Source: a virus
Taxonomy: Duplodnaviria > Caudoviricetes
DNA: 25,363 nucleotides
IMG/VR virus record: IMGVR_UViG_3300049828_000089
Coordinates: 1 to 25,363 of that record
Reading direction: 5' to 3' (one strand)
Below are positions 7,772 to 16,378 of this stretch, piece after piece; the first letter of the stretch is position 1; each line of letters opens with the position of its first letter. Below the pieces are notes generated by a model. That model was not told where the DNA came from, searched no databases, and saw only the letters and a program-made list of their open reading frames with translations. A program made the translations under genes and the position numbers.

Positions 7772-9214
7772 ATGGCTCAAATTGATCCCAACATAGCGCT
7801 TAGCATCAGACCAGCTCAAATTGAGTCGCCGTTAGTGCACGCCGCGCGGGCAGCCGAGTTGCAGGGCGCGCAGCAAAATCAGTTCATGAACATGCTCAAA
7901 ATGAAAGAGTATGTTGATGAAACGCGCAATAAAAATGCGATGACAAAATGGCTGGCCACAAAAACGCCTCAAGACCTAAATAGTGAAGAAAACTTGAACC
8001 AGCTTGCCACCCAGTTTGGGGCGCAAGGTCTGGCGTTAGCTAAGCAAATTGACGACCGCCGCAAAGCGCAAGGCGAGGCTTTGTATCGGGGGGCACAAAT
8101 AAGCGACCTTGAATCACAAGCAGCAAAACGCCGTTACGAGCTGGGCGAAACTCAACGGACAAACGCAATAAAAACAATAACCGGTTTTCGTAACAGCCAA
8201 GAAGCCCTTGAGATGCTGTATGAGTCTGAAGCCAACGGAACTATACCTGCTGCCGCAGCCGCAGAAATTCGCCGCAGGATGCCGAAAAACGAAGAAGATT
8301 TTCCGGCGTTTAAGCAAGAGTTAATTGCCACGCTTATGCCTGCAGAAAAACAGCTTGAGTTTAAGCAGCCAAAACCAGAGAAAGTAGATTTGAACGGTAA
8401 GGTTGTAGTGCTTGACATGAACTCAAATAGCGACACGTTCCTGAAGGTAATACGTGAAGACGTAAAAACCGCTGCGCCGCGTCAGTCACAACTGCTTACG
8501 CCGGAAGAAGAAAGACAAAAAGTACGGATTGCCGCTGCAGGCCGCGCGCCAGCGGCAATTCCTACGCCTACCGTTACGATGGTGCTTGACCCCAACGACA
8601 GTACCCGCATGTTGTCAGTTGACGCAAAGACTTACAAGGGTGGTTCGGTAGGTTCGCCGGGTGTTATTGGCATTGCCGGTAAAGAACCTGCTGGCGCTAA
8701 GAAACAAGCAGACAAAGAAACCGCGCAAGAAAACGCGGGCACCATCATTGCGCAGTTGCGTCAGAGCTTTGATCAGCTTGATAAGTTGGGCGGCATTACT
8801 TCGACTAAAAATCGTCCGGGCACGAACATTGGCGCGGCGCTTAGCTCGTCACCTATGGGTCAGCTTACCGGACGAGTATTGGGTACTGAAACACAGTCCG
8901 AGCGCAACAAGATTGCTCAGACGCGCCCTCTGTTAATGACGACCATCATGCAGGCAATGGGGTTGAGCGCCAAGCAGCTTGACTCGAACGCCGAACTAAA
9001 ATTGTGGCTGTCTGCCGCAACCGATCCGGCGCTGGATTTGGAAGCTAACCGCGAGGCGCTTCGCAATCTTGAGAACTTGCTGACAGGCAAAGGTAAGAGA
9101 GAAAAAGCACCTGCTGCTGCGCCCAAACCGCCTGCGGTGGGCACTGTGCAGGATGGCTACAAATTTAATGGCGGCAATCCAGCTGACGCTAAAAACTGGG
9201 AAAAGGTGCAATAA
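7772..9214 (+). CDS. Putative DNA ejection protein (P22 gp20 position)
   Basis: 480 aa, helical and Cys-free; the second of three consecutive internal-virion-type genes. Confidence 0.65.
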   Translation: MAQIDPNIALSIRPAQIESPLVHAARAAELQGAQQNQFMNMLKMKEYVDETRNKNAMTKWLATKTPQDLNSEENLNQLATQFGAQGLALAKQIDDRRKAQGEALYRGAQISDLESQAAKRRYELGETQRTNAIKTITGFRNSQEALEMLYESEANGTIPAAAAAEIRRRMPKNEEDFPAFKQELIATLMPAEKQLEFKQPKPEKVDLNGKVVVLDMNSNSDTFLKVIREDVKTAAPRQSQLLTPEEERQKVRIAAAGRAPAAIPTPTVTMVLDPNDSTRMLSVDAKTYKGGSVGSPGVIGIAGKEPAGAKKQADKETAQENAGTIIAQLRQSFDQLDKLGGITSTKNRPGTNIGAALSSSPMGQLTGRVLGTETQSERNKIAQTRPLLMTTIMQAMGLSAKQLDSNAELKLWLSAATDPALDLEANREALRNLENLLTGKGKREKAPAAAPKPPAVGTVQDGYKFNGGNPADAKNWEKVQ

Positions 9215-11371
9215 ATGGCAGGCCCTTGGGAACAGTACCAGGCACCTGCTGCTGCGCCAGCAGGGCCTTGGAATCAATACGCCGAACCAGCGCCTGCACC
9301 CGAAGCCGCACCCACGCCCAGCGAAGTGCCCGGCCCTCGAGGGCAACCTCCAGCTTGGGCTAAAGATTACCCCGAGCTGTACCAAGGCGCGCGTACCGCC
9401 CGAGAGGTACTTGGCCCAACCGTAGAAGTATTAGGTGCTGTAGGTGGCACGGTAGTAGGCGCGCCTGCTGGCCCCGCTGGTGCGGTACTAGGTTCGGCGA
9501 CTGGTTACGGCGCAGCGTCTGGTCTGCTGCGTCAGGCTGATATTGCGCTGGGCAACATCCCCGACATGACGCCAGCAGAAGGAATTACCGCTGGCACACG
9601 CGATTTGCTGGTCGGTGCTATTTATGAAGCAGGCGGCCGCGTGGCGGCTCCTTACATTGATAAAGCTCTGCAGATGGGCGGGCGTGGTGTGGGCTGGCTA
9701 TACGACACGTTGTCTGGTCAGCTTGGCACGCAGAAAGCCGCCAAGATTTTGCGTGATTCATTAGGCGTAGATGTCGGCGCGGCCCGCAGATTAGCGCGGC
9801 AAGGCGGTAGTGAGTTAACCGCTGCGCAATCAATTGCTGATTTGGCGTCGCCGACTACTCAAGCGTTATTGGCTAAGTATGCTAAGCGTGACCCTCGTTT
9901 TCAGTTAATAACAGAAGACTTAGAGGAAGCCGCGCGCATTAACCAACTTGCTGAATTAGCAGGCGCGGAGACGCAGGCAGGCGCAAAAACAGCGCAAAAA
10001 GAAGCAAAGAAAGAACTCCGCAACCGACTGTTGCCCGAACTAGAGCAGGCAATGTACAACGCCAATTTGGCTGGCGAACTAGGCCCTCGTTTACAAGCCC
10101 AGGCTGAGCGTATGGGTCAAGTAGCAACGGCTAAAGCTGATCAAGTACGTCGACTTTCTGCGGTGCCACCTACGGTTATGGTTGAAGGCAGACCTTATAA
10201 CCCTAGCGCGCCAACAAGAGAGCCAGTAGTAGGTTTAGTGCCTCCGCCAGAAGCAGCAGTACCTGCTGGCACGCGTCTGCTTGAAAAAGGTCAGCAAAAA
10301 TCTATTGAGTTAGGGCGTCCGGTTAGCACGGGTCGCTACACCTACGAAGGTGAGCTGGCTGAACGCGCAGACAGAGTGGCCGCAGAAGCCGCTGAAGGTT
10401 CACTCATTTTTGGCGAAGCATCTCGTTTTGCTACTGCAGCAGAGCAAAGCCTTGCTGCGCACGGGTACAAACCACTAAAAACTGACCAAGTAGTCGCCAA
10501 TATTGACAAAATATTGACCGACGTTAAGTTAGCGCCCGGCGCGCGGGACTTGACACGCCTGCTAACGATGGCAAAAAACGACATATTAAAATGGACAAAT
10601 GCAGGCGGTGTTATTGACGCGTATGCGTATGAAACGCTTCGTAAAAATTTAGGGGCTAATGCACGTAAGTTGGCGCCTAACGATCCAACAGCCCAAAAAG
10701 AACTTGCAGCTAAAGTTACCGCCAGCGTTGGGCCGATGATTAGAAAAGCCATTGAAGAAGCGGGCGGCACCGGTTACGGTGCATATCTTGATGCGTATTC
10801 GGCAGGGCTAAAAGCCGTTAGCGAAAAGAAAATGTCGGCTAAAGCATTAGAGTTATACCAAACTGACCCATCGACTTTTGTTAAGTTAGTAGAGGGGAAT
10901 AACACTAAAGCGGTTGAAAAAATATTTGGCTCTGGTAGCTACGACGTCGCTAAAGAAATGAGCGAAGTTGCTATGTCAAGACTTACTAAACTTGCTGATG
11001 AAGTTAAGCGCGACAAACGCATAATAAAGCAAGTAGAAATGGGCCACGACGCATTAGTCGAATTGTTAGATGCAAATAAATCGCGGTTCCGTTTTCCTGA
11101 CTTTGCATTTAACCGAGCTACGACGGCGGGCAATACAACGCTTGACGAACTGTCGCGGCGGTTAGGAAAAAAAGTAATGGATAAGTTGACCGAAGCATCT
11201 AAATCTGGCAAGAATATGGCGCAACTAATTGACACGCTCCCCGCCGCGGAACGCACTACTGTGCTGCGTGTTTTTAGTAACCCGCAGGAATGGATGGTGA
11301 TCCCTAAAGAGGCTAGAGGTGCTACGGTGAATCTTTTAGCGCCAGAAAACCGAAACGAGTTGAGGAAATAA
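9215..11371 (+). CDS. Putative large DNA ejection protein (P22 gp16 position)
   Basis: 718 aa, Ala-rich, helical and Cys-free, with a Gly/Ala hydrophobic segment (VLGAVGGTVVGAPAGPAGAVLG) near the N-terminus. Confidence 0.65.
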   Translation: MAGPWEQYQAPAAAPAGPWNQYAEPAPAPEAAPTPSEVPGPRGQPPAWAKDYPELYQGARTAREVLGPTVEVLGAVGGTVVGAPAGPAGAVLGSATGYGAASGLLRQADIALGNIPDMTPAEGITAGTRDLLVGAIYEAGGRVAAPYIDKALQMGGRGVGWLYDTLSGQLGTQKAAKILRDSLGVDVGAARRLARQGGSELTAAQSIADLASPTTQALLAKYAKRDPRFQLITEDLEEAARINQLAELAGAETQAGAKTAQKEAKKELRNRLLPELEQAMYNANLAGELGPRLQAQAERMGQVATAKADQVRRLSAVPPTVMVEGRPYNPSAPTREPVVGLVPPPEAAVPAGTRLLEKGQQKSIELGRPVSTGRYTYEGELAERADRVAAEAAEGSLIFGEASRFATAAEQSLAAHGYKPLKTDQVVANIDKILTDVKLAPGARDLTRLLTMAKNDILKWTNAGGVIDAYAYETLRKNLGANARKLAPNDPTAQKELAAKVTASVGPMIRKAIEEAGGTGYGAYLDAYSAGLKAVSEKKMSAKALELYQTDPSTFVKLVEGNNTKAVEKIFGSGSYDVAKEMSEVAMSRLTKLADEVKRDKRIIKQVEMGHDALVELLDANKSRFRFPDFAFNRATTAGNTTLDELSRRLGKKVMDKLTEASKSGKNMAQLIDTLPAAERTTVLRVFSNPQEWMVIPKEARGATVNLLAPENRNELRK

Positions 11372-12262
11372 ATGGCATCCCTAACCCCAACACCCAAGCA
11401 GCAGTTCTTCGACGCCAACGGGAATCCGTTAGTCGCCGGTAAGGTTTACACCTACGCAGGCGGCACGACGACACCGATTGCGACGTACACGGATCAGACG
11501 GGCGCAACTGCTAACGCCAACCCCATCATCTTGGACTCGCGCGGCATGGCCAACATTTGGCTGCAGCCAACCGTTGCGTACAAGTTCGTGATCAAGGACG
11601 AGAACGACGTCACGCAGTACACCACCGACAACATCTTGGTGCCGGTCGACAACCTGTCGTTCAGCTCGCCGCCACCGATCGGTAACGTGTCGCCTAACAC
11701 CGGCGCGTTCACCACCTTGTCGGCCACCGGCAACGTCACCTTCTCCGGCTTTGGCTACGTGCAAATGCCCACGGGGGCAACGACTGACCGGCCTGATGCG
11801 CCTACTGACGGCATGTTCCGCTACAACACCACGCTAAACCTGTTTGAAGGGTTTGTTAATGGCGCCTGGGGTCAGGTCGGCGGCGATGCGGGTGCCACCG
11901 GCGGCGGTAACGACGAGGTCTTCATCGAGAACGACCAGACGGTCACGATCAGCTACACCATCCCTTCGACTAAGAATGCCATGACCACCGGCCCGATCAC
12001 GCTAGGCGGCGGGTTTGTTGGCACCGGCAGTATTGCAGGCACGACGCTAACGATCGACAGCGTCACATCCGGCGCCTTGGGCGTTGGCTCGGTGATTGTA
12101 GGCACCAGCATTACGGTAGGCACTAAAATCACGGGGCTGGGCACGGGTACTGGCGGCGAAGGTACTTATGTGGTTGACACCTCGCAGTCGGTGTCGTTGG
12201 ACGCCATCACAGCGCCAGTCGTCGTTACCGTCTCATCCGGCAGTCGCTGGGTCGTCATTTAA
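11372..12262 (+). CDS. Short tail fibre with N-terminal virion-attachment domain
   Basis: The N-terminus [28 protein letters not shown]...NPIILDSRG resembles P22-type tailspike head-binding regions. Also has the GATTDRP...[14 protein letters not shown] fibre motif and a C-terminal SGSRWVVI. Confidence 0.8.
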   Translation: MASLTPTPKQQFFDANGNPLVAGKVYTYAGGTTTPIATYTDQTGATANANPIILDSRGMANIWLQPTVAYKFVIKDENDVTQYTTDNILVPVDNLSFSSPPPIGNVSPNTGAFTTLSATGNVTFSGFGYVQMPTGATTDRPDAPTDGMFRYNTTLNLFEGFVNGAWGQVGGDAGATGGGNDEVFIENDQTVTISYTIPSTKNAMTTGPITLGGGFVGTGSIAGTTLTIDSVTSGALGVGSVIVGTSITVGTKITGLGTGTGGEGTYVVDTSQSVSLDAITAPVVVTVSSGSRWVVI

Positions 12263-12271
12263 GGAGTCATC

Positions 12272-12835
12272 ATGGCAAGTTTAGTTCTCGCAGGCGATAC
12301 CAGCGGTTCGATTACGGTAGCAGCGCCTGCTGTAGCGGGCAGCAATACGCAGACGTTGGCGGCTGTGACTGGGACGTTAGCGCCGATTGTGTCGGGTACT
12401 GCGGTTGCATCTACCAGCGGTACGTCGATTGACTTTACTGGAATCCCTTCTTGGGTCAAGCGTGTAACGGTGATGTTTAGTGGCGTGTCTACTAATGGAA
12501 CTTCAAACATTCAAGTTCAATTAGGCGATAGTGGGGGTGTAGAGATAACAGGTTACGTTTCTGTAGCTAATAACGGCGGAACAAACGCAAGTTCTACTAC
12601 TGGCTTTTTATTTACGCAATCTACTACCGCCGCAAGTATACATAACGGATCAATGATTATTAGTTTGGTGGGAGCTAATGCGTGGGTTAGTCAGTCTATA
12701 GATGCATTATCTGCGGCAGCCGCCTTTGGCGGGGGCGGCAAGACGCTTTCAGACACGCTAACCCAAGTCCGCATCACCACAGTCAACGGTACAGACACCT
12801 TTGACGCTGGCACTATTAACATCCTCTACGAGTAA
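12272..12835 (+). CDS. Small fibre-tip/adhesin-like virion protein 1
   Basis: 187 aa, AAGGAG RBS, beta-rich; paralogous to 12988..13605. Confidence 0.65.
   Translation: MASLVLAGDTSGSITVAAPAVAGSNTQTLAAVTGTLAPIVSGTAVASTSGTSIDFTGIPSWVKRVTVMFSGVSTNGTSNIQVQLGDSGGVEITGYVSVANNGGTNASSTTGFLFTQSTTAASIHNGSMIISLVGANAWVSQSIDALSAAAAFGGGGKTLSDTLTQVRITTVNGTDTFDAGTINILYE
12770..12822 (+). repeat. 53-bp perfect direct repeat, copy 1 (copy 2 at 13537..13589)
   Basis: CGCATCACCACAGTCAACGGTACAGACACCTTTGACGCTGGCACTATTAACAT is identical at both positions. Confidence 0.95.
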
Positions 12836-12844
12836 GGAACGATC

Positions 12845-12985
12845 ATGCACAGAATCATTGTTGACGTACAGACGGGTCAAGTGACTCAAGTCGAGTTGAC
12901 TGCGGAAGAAATTGCGGCGATCGAAGCAGCTAACGCAGAGCAGCCGCCTGCTGAACCTGCACCTGAACAACCTGCGGAGCAATAA
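12845..12985 (+). CDS. Small acidic protein, possible fibre assembly chaperone (46 aa; not in ORF track)
   Basis: Translated by hand as MHRIIVDVQTGQVTQVELTAEEIAAIEAANAEQPPAEPAPEQPAEQ. AAGGA RBS, and it fills the gap between the two paralogues. Confidence 0.75.
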   Translation: MHRIIVDVQTGQVTQVELTAEEIAAIEAANAEQPPAEPAPEQPAEQ

Positions 12986-12987
12986 TT

Positions 12988-13605
12988 ATGGCAGTGACTC
13001 TTAACGCATCAACCTCGTCCGGCTTTATACAGACGGCGGACACCAGCGGCGACTTAGCGCTGCAAAGTAACGGCACGACGCAGCTTACTGTTTCGTCCAC
13101 AGGCGCGTATGGTCAGATAAAGTCTGGTACAGCAGTAGCGTCAACCAGCGGTACGTCGATTGACTTCACAGGGTTGCCAACGTGGGTTAAACGTATCACG
13201 GTGATGTTTAGTGGCGTTAGTACAAATAGTACAAGCCCACCGTTGATTCAGATTGGCACTTCTGGCGGTATTCAGGCCACAGGTTATCTGATGACCGCGA
13301 CTACTCTTAGTAATGCTGCCGCTGTTACGTCTACTTTGTTCACAACTGGTTTCGCGCTTGCCGCTGGAACCTCAGTGTGGGCGGCGGGTGTGGCAGTTGG
13401 TGGAAGTATAACGCTTACTTTACTTGACGCTGGAACCGGGCTGTGGGCTTGCAACGCTCAGTTAGGTCGTTCTGATGTTGCAACAACGTACTTTGCGGCA
13501 GGATCTAAAACACTCTCCGGCACACTCGACCGCGTTCGCATCACCACAGTCAACGGTACAGACACCTTTGACGCTGGCACTATTAACATACTTTACGAGG
13601 GCTGA
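12988..13605 (+). CDS. Small fibre-tip/adhesin-like virion protein 2
   Basis: 205 aa; shares SGTAVASTSGTSIDFTG.P.WVKR.TVMFSGVSTN and RITTVNGTDTFDAGTINILYE with 12272..12835. Confidence 0.65.
   Translation: MAVTLNASTSSGFIQTADTSGDLALQSNGTTQLTVSSTGAYGQIKSGTAVASTSGTSIDFTGLPTWVKRITVMFSGVSTNSTSPPLIQIGTSGGIQATGYLMTATTLSNAAAVTSTLFTTGFALAAGTSVWAAGVAVGGSITLTLLDAGTGLWACNAQLGRSDVATTYFAAGSKTLSGTLDRVRITTVNGTDTFDAGTINILYEG
13537..13589 (+). repeat. 53-bp perfect direct repeat, copy 2
   Basis: Identical to 12770..12822. Confidence 0.95.
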
Positions 13606-13607
13606 TT

Positions 13608-14285
13608 ATGGCAGTCATCATCAACGGCACTACGGGGATTACATCGCCAGAGCCTTTCGTTTTAACTTCAGGCACGTTGTCTTCTCCTGCGGTTGCTGGG
13701 CAAACGGAATACGACGGTAAAGTTTTTTACCAGACGCCGCAAAGCACAGAGCGCGGCGTCGTCCCCGGCGCACAGTTTTTCCGTCTAAATTCTGGTCTAG
13801 CTGGCGCTAACGTCAACACAGCGCAAAGTGTGTTTGGCGTAGGTGTAACGCTGTCGGCCAGTACCGTATATGCGTTTGAAGCTGAATATGTGTTTACTAA
13901 AACAGCCGGAACAACGGCGCATACTTTTGGTCTAGGGTTTGCTGGAACGGCTACAGTAAACAATTTACTGTATACGTCACTAAATTATTTTACTAACGCC
14001 GCGTTAAACAGCCCGTTAAACACCGCGAGCATTGCAATTACTTACTGTTCTATCAACCAAACAGCAAATACTAGCGGTGTAGGCTCAACGTCAGCCAGCG
14101 CAACTCAAACTCAAACTTTTAAGTTAAAAGGTACTATTTCGGTTAATGCTGGCGGTACGTTAATCCCGCAGTACACTTTGTCAGCAGCGCCTGGCGGTGC
14201 TTACACTACTGCAGCAGGTAGCTACTTTATGATCTACCCAATCGGTGCATCTGGGGCAAACACTAGCGTTGGTACGTGGGCATAA
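13608..14285 (+). CDS. Small fibre-tip/adhesin-like virion protein 3
   Basis: 225 aa, Thr/Ala/Ser/Gly-rich and beta-type, containing an AGQTEYDGKVFYQTP fibre-like segment. Confidence 0.6.
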   Translation: MAVIINGTTGITSPEPFVLTSGTLSSPAVAGQTEYDGKVFYQTPQSTERGVVPGAQFFRLNSGLAGANVNTAQSVFGVGVTLSASTVYAFEAEYVFTKTAGTTAHTFGLGFAGTATVNNLLYTSLNYFTNAALNSPLNTASIAITYCSINQTANTSGVGSTSASATQTQTFKLKGTISVNAGGTLIPQYTLSAAPGGAYTTAAGSYFMIYPIGASGANTSVGTWA

Positions 14286-14286
14286 G

Positions 14287-14508
14287 ATGGATTCACAAGT
14301 GCTATTCAACATCGCAGTAGCGATTGCGGGCTTCTTCGGCGGGTGGGTACTGAACAACATCCACCGCTCGATTGACCGTCTGGACACCGACGTGCGTGCC
14401 ATGCCGCACACCTACGTTACCCGCGAGGACTACAAGGACGACATGCGCGAAGTGAAGGACATGCTGGGTAAGATTTTCGATCGGCTGGAGCATAAGCAAG
14501 ACAAATGA
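14287..14508 (+). CDS. Small membrane protein (one TM plus coiled coil), holin/antiholin-like
   Basis: ATG at 14287. 73 aa, with hydrophobic VLFNIAVAIAGFFGGWVL followed by a charged helix; first gene of the lysis cluster. Confidence 0.65.
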   Translation: MDSQVLFNIAVAIAGFFGGWVLNNIHRSIDRLDTDVRAMPHTYVTREDYKDDMREVKDMLGKIFDRLEHKQDK

Positions 14509-15122
14509 TCGATCCGGTAACAATCGGTCTGGCGGTTGCGGGCGTCAAGGCGGTTGTTACTGGCGTTAAAGAAGCCGCCGCACTTGCTCGCGAAGCTTTT
14601 GACGAAATCAACGGCGCGGTGGAGTCCGGCAAGACGCTGGCCGACTCCATGTCGGGCGTCACTAAGTTTTTTTCTGCTGCAGGCAAATACGAAACCCAGC
14701 GCACACAGCTAGAGGAAGCCCGCGCAGCTCAAGAGGCCGCGGTCGCTAAAGGCCACACGGTGCCGGAATACATTTCAGACGCCGAGTACGTCATTGAGAT
14801 GATGATCATTGATCGCCAGATCAAACAGTACTACGACGACATCAAACATATTTTCATCTACCACTTCCAAGAAGCAGGCATGTGGGACGAGTTCTGGGCG
14901 CGTATGGGTAAGCTCAGAGGCGAACGGGAAGCCAAGGCAGAGGCGCTGCGCAAGGCAGAGACAGAAAAGCGCCTGCAGGCCAAAGTCGCCGAGATGAAGC
15001 AACGGCGCGCTAGACAAGCGGTCATAGCCCACATAGAGCTGTTAGCCACGGCGGTTATTCTTGCCGTCATCGTGGCGGGCTTCTGCTGGGGTATGTGGTG
15101 GATGTTTCAACAAGGAGGTTGA
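14505..15122 (+). CDS. Hypothetical coiled-coil membrane protein in lysis cluster
   Basis: 205 aa, ATGA-coupled. Weakly hydrophobic N-terminus, long helical middle, and a C-terminal TM segment (LLATAVILAVIVAGFCWGMWWMF). Confidence 0.7.
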   Translation: MIDPVTIGLAVAGVKAVVTGVKEAAALAREAFDEINGAVESGKTLADSMSGVTKFFSAAGKYETQRTQLEEARAAQEAAVAKGHTVPEYISDAEYVIEMMIIDRQIKQYYDDIKHIFIYHFQEAGMWDEFWARMGKLRGEREAKAEALRKAETEKRLQAKVAEMKQRRARQAVIAHIELLATAVILAVIVAGFCWGMWWMFQQGG

Positions 15123-15123
15123 C

Positions 15124-15528
15124 ATGCTAGATGCTCTATTAAATATCGGCGGTAAGCTGATCGACAAGCTAATCCCCGACCCGGAACAGAAGGCCAAGGC
15201 GCAGCTAGAACTCGCCAAGATGGCGCAGGACGGCGAGCTGGCCAAGATGGCCAACGAAACTGACTTGTACAAGACCGAGCAGAACAATCTGACCGAGCGC
15301 CTAAAGGCCGACATGGGCAGCGATAGCTGGCTGTCGAAGAACATTCGCCCGCTAACGCTGGTGTACATTCTGGTGGCGTACATGGCGCTGGCCATCCTCG
15401 ATGCCGCAGCGTTGGATATCGCGGACTCGTTCGTCGAGCTGCTAGGGCAGTGGGGTATGCTTGTGATGTCCTTCTACTTCGGCGGCAGGACGCTTGAGAA
15501 AATTATTGATATGCGAGCAAAGAAATGA
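15124..15528 (+). CDS. Holin, 3TM / GTA-holin-like family
   Basis: ATG at 15124 after GGAGG. Motifs IGGKLIDKLIPDP..KAKAQLEL, DSWLSKNIRP and FYFGGRTLEK; adjacent to the endolysin. Confidence 0.8.
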   Translation: MLDALLNIGGKLIDKLIPDPEQKAKAQLELAKMAQDGELAKMANETDLYKTEQNNLTERLKADMGSDSWLSKNIRPLTLVYILVAYMALAILDAAALDIADSFVELLGQWGMLVMSFYFGGRTLEKIIDMRAKK

Positions 15529-16037
15529 TCGACAATTTCCGCGAGGCTTTGCAGGCCGTTTTGTTGCATGAAGGTGGGTTCGTTAACCATCCAAAAGACC
15601 CAGGCGGCATGACCAACCTGGGCGTCACTAAAAAGGTATGGGAAGAATGGGTCGGTCATCCTGTTGGCGAAAGCGAGATGCGGGCGTTGACGCCAGAAAC
15701 GGTGGCGCCGATGTACCGGAGAAAGTACTGGGACGCAGTCAAGGGCGACGAGCTACCGTCGGGGCTGGACTACCTGATGTTCGACTTTGCGATCAACGCG
15801 GGGCCGGGGCGGGCGATCCGCACCATGCAGAAGGCGATCGGAACAAATCCTGACGGCGTCATCGGCCCGAAGACAATGCAGGCGTTGAAGGACGCAGACC
15901 CAACAGATTTGATCGCCAAGTTCAGCGTAGAAAAAGAACTGTTCTACAAGGCGCTCCCGACGTTCGCCACCTTCGGCAAGGGGTGGCTACGTCGAGTAGA
16001 CGAGGCTAAGTCACATGCGGTAACGATGCTCGCGTAA
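15525..16037 (+). CDS. Endolysin, glycoside hydrolase family 108 with C-terminal peptidoglycan-binding domain
   Basis: HEGGFVNHPKDPGGMTNLGVT catalytic motif, FDFAINAG, DGVIGPKT and FGKGWLRR. Confidence 0.93.
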   Translation: MIDNFREALQAVLLHEGGFVNHPKDPGGMTNLGVTKKVWEEWVGHPVGESEMRALTPETVAPMYRRKYWDAVKGDELPSGLDYLMFDFAINAGPGRAIRTMQKAIGTNPDGVIGPKTMQALKDADPTDLIAKFSVEKELFYKALPTFATFGKGWLRRVDEAKSHAVTMLA

Positions 16038-16199
16038 CTGCTGGCAAATGACACGATCGCGTGTGGTCTGCCACACGGTCATGTCTTTCGACGTGCATTC
16101 AGTCGGTGTCGGCCCTTTAGGCTCGGGCAAACCGATGGCAAGAAAGGTAAACGTGGCCACCGCGATGGCCGCGTAGTACACCACCACAAGGTCTTTCAT
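16011..16199 (-). CDS. Small membrane-anchored hypothetical protein
   Basis: 62 aa with an N-terminal TM segment and two Cys; ATGA-coupled to the upstream gene. Confidence 0.6.
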   Translation of the reverse strand: MKDLVVVYYAAIAVATFTFLAIGLPEPKGPTPTECTSKDMTVWQTTRDRVICQQLREHRYRM

Positions 16200-16378
16200 A
16201 TCCGTAGCAGCCTCCCTAACAGTTTGGTGATCGGCGACGCCTCATACGGCTCAATGCCCAACATCACGTCCTGCACGAACCGCTCCTCGGGCGTCGCAGG
16301 CTTCTGATAGAACTGCGGCGTGTAATGCGAACCGATCTTAGGGGGTTCTTCTTTGATAAAGTAACCATCACGAAGCAT
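16196..16378 (-). CDS. Hypothetical protein (60 aa)
   Basis: ATG at 16378 (MLRDGYFIKEEPP...) is preceded by AGGAGG. Confidence 0.65.
   Translation of the reverse strand: MLRDGYFIKEEPPKIGSHYTPQFYQKPATPEERFVQDVMLGIEPYEASPITKLLGRLLRI

Noticed and set aside
12272-13605. Diversity-generating retroelement template/variable repeat pair
   Set aside because: Both copies lie in intact genes, the differences are not confined to adenines, and no reverse transcriptase is in the window.
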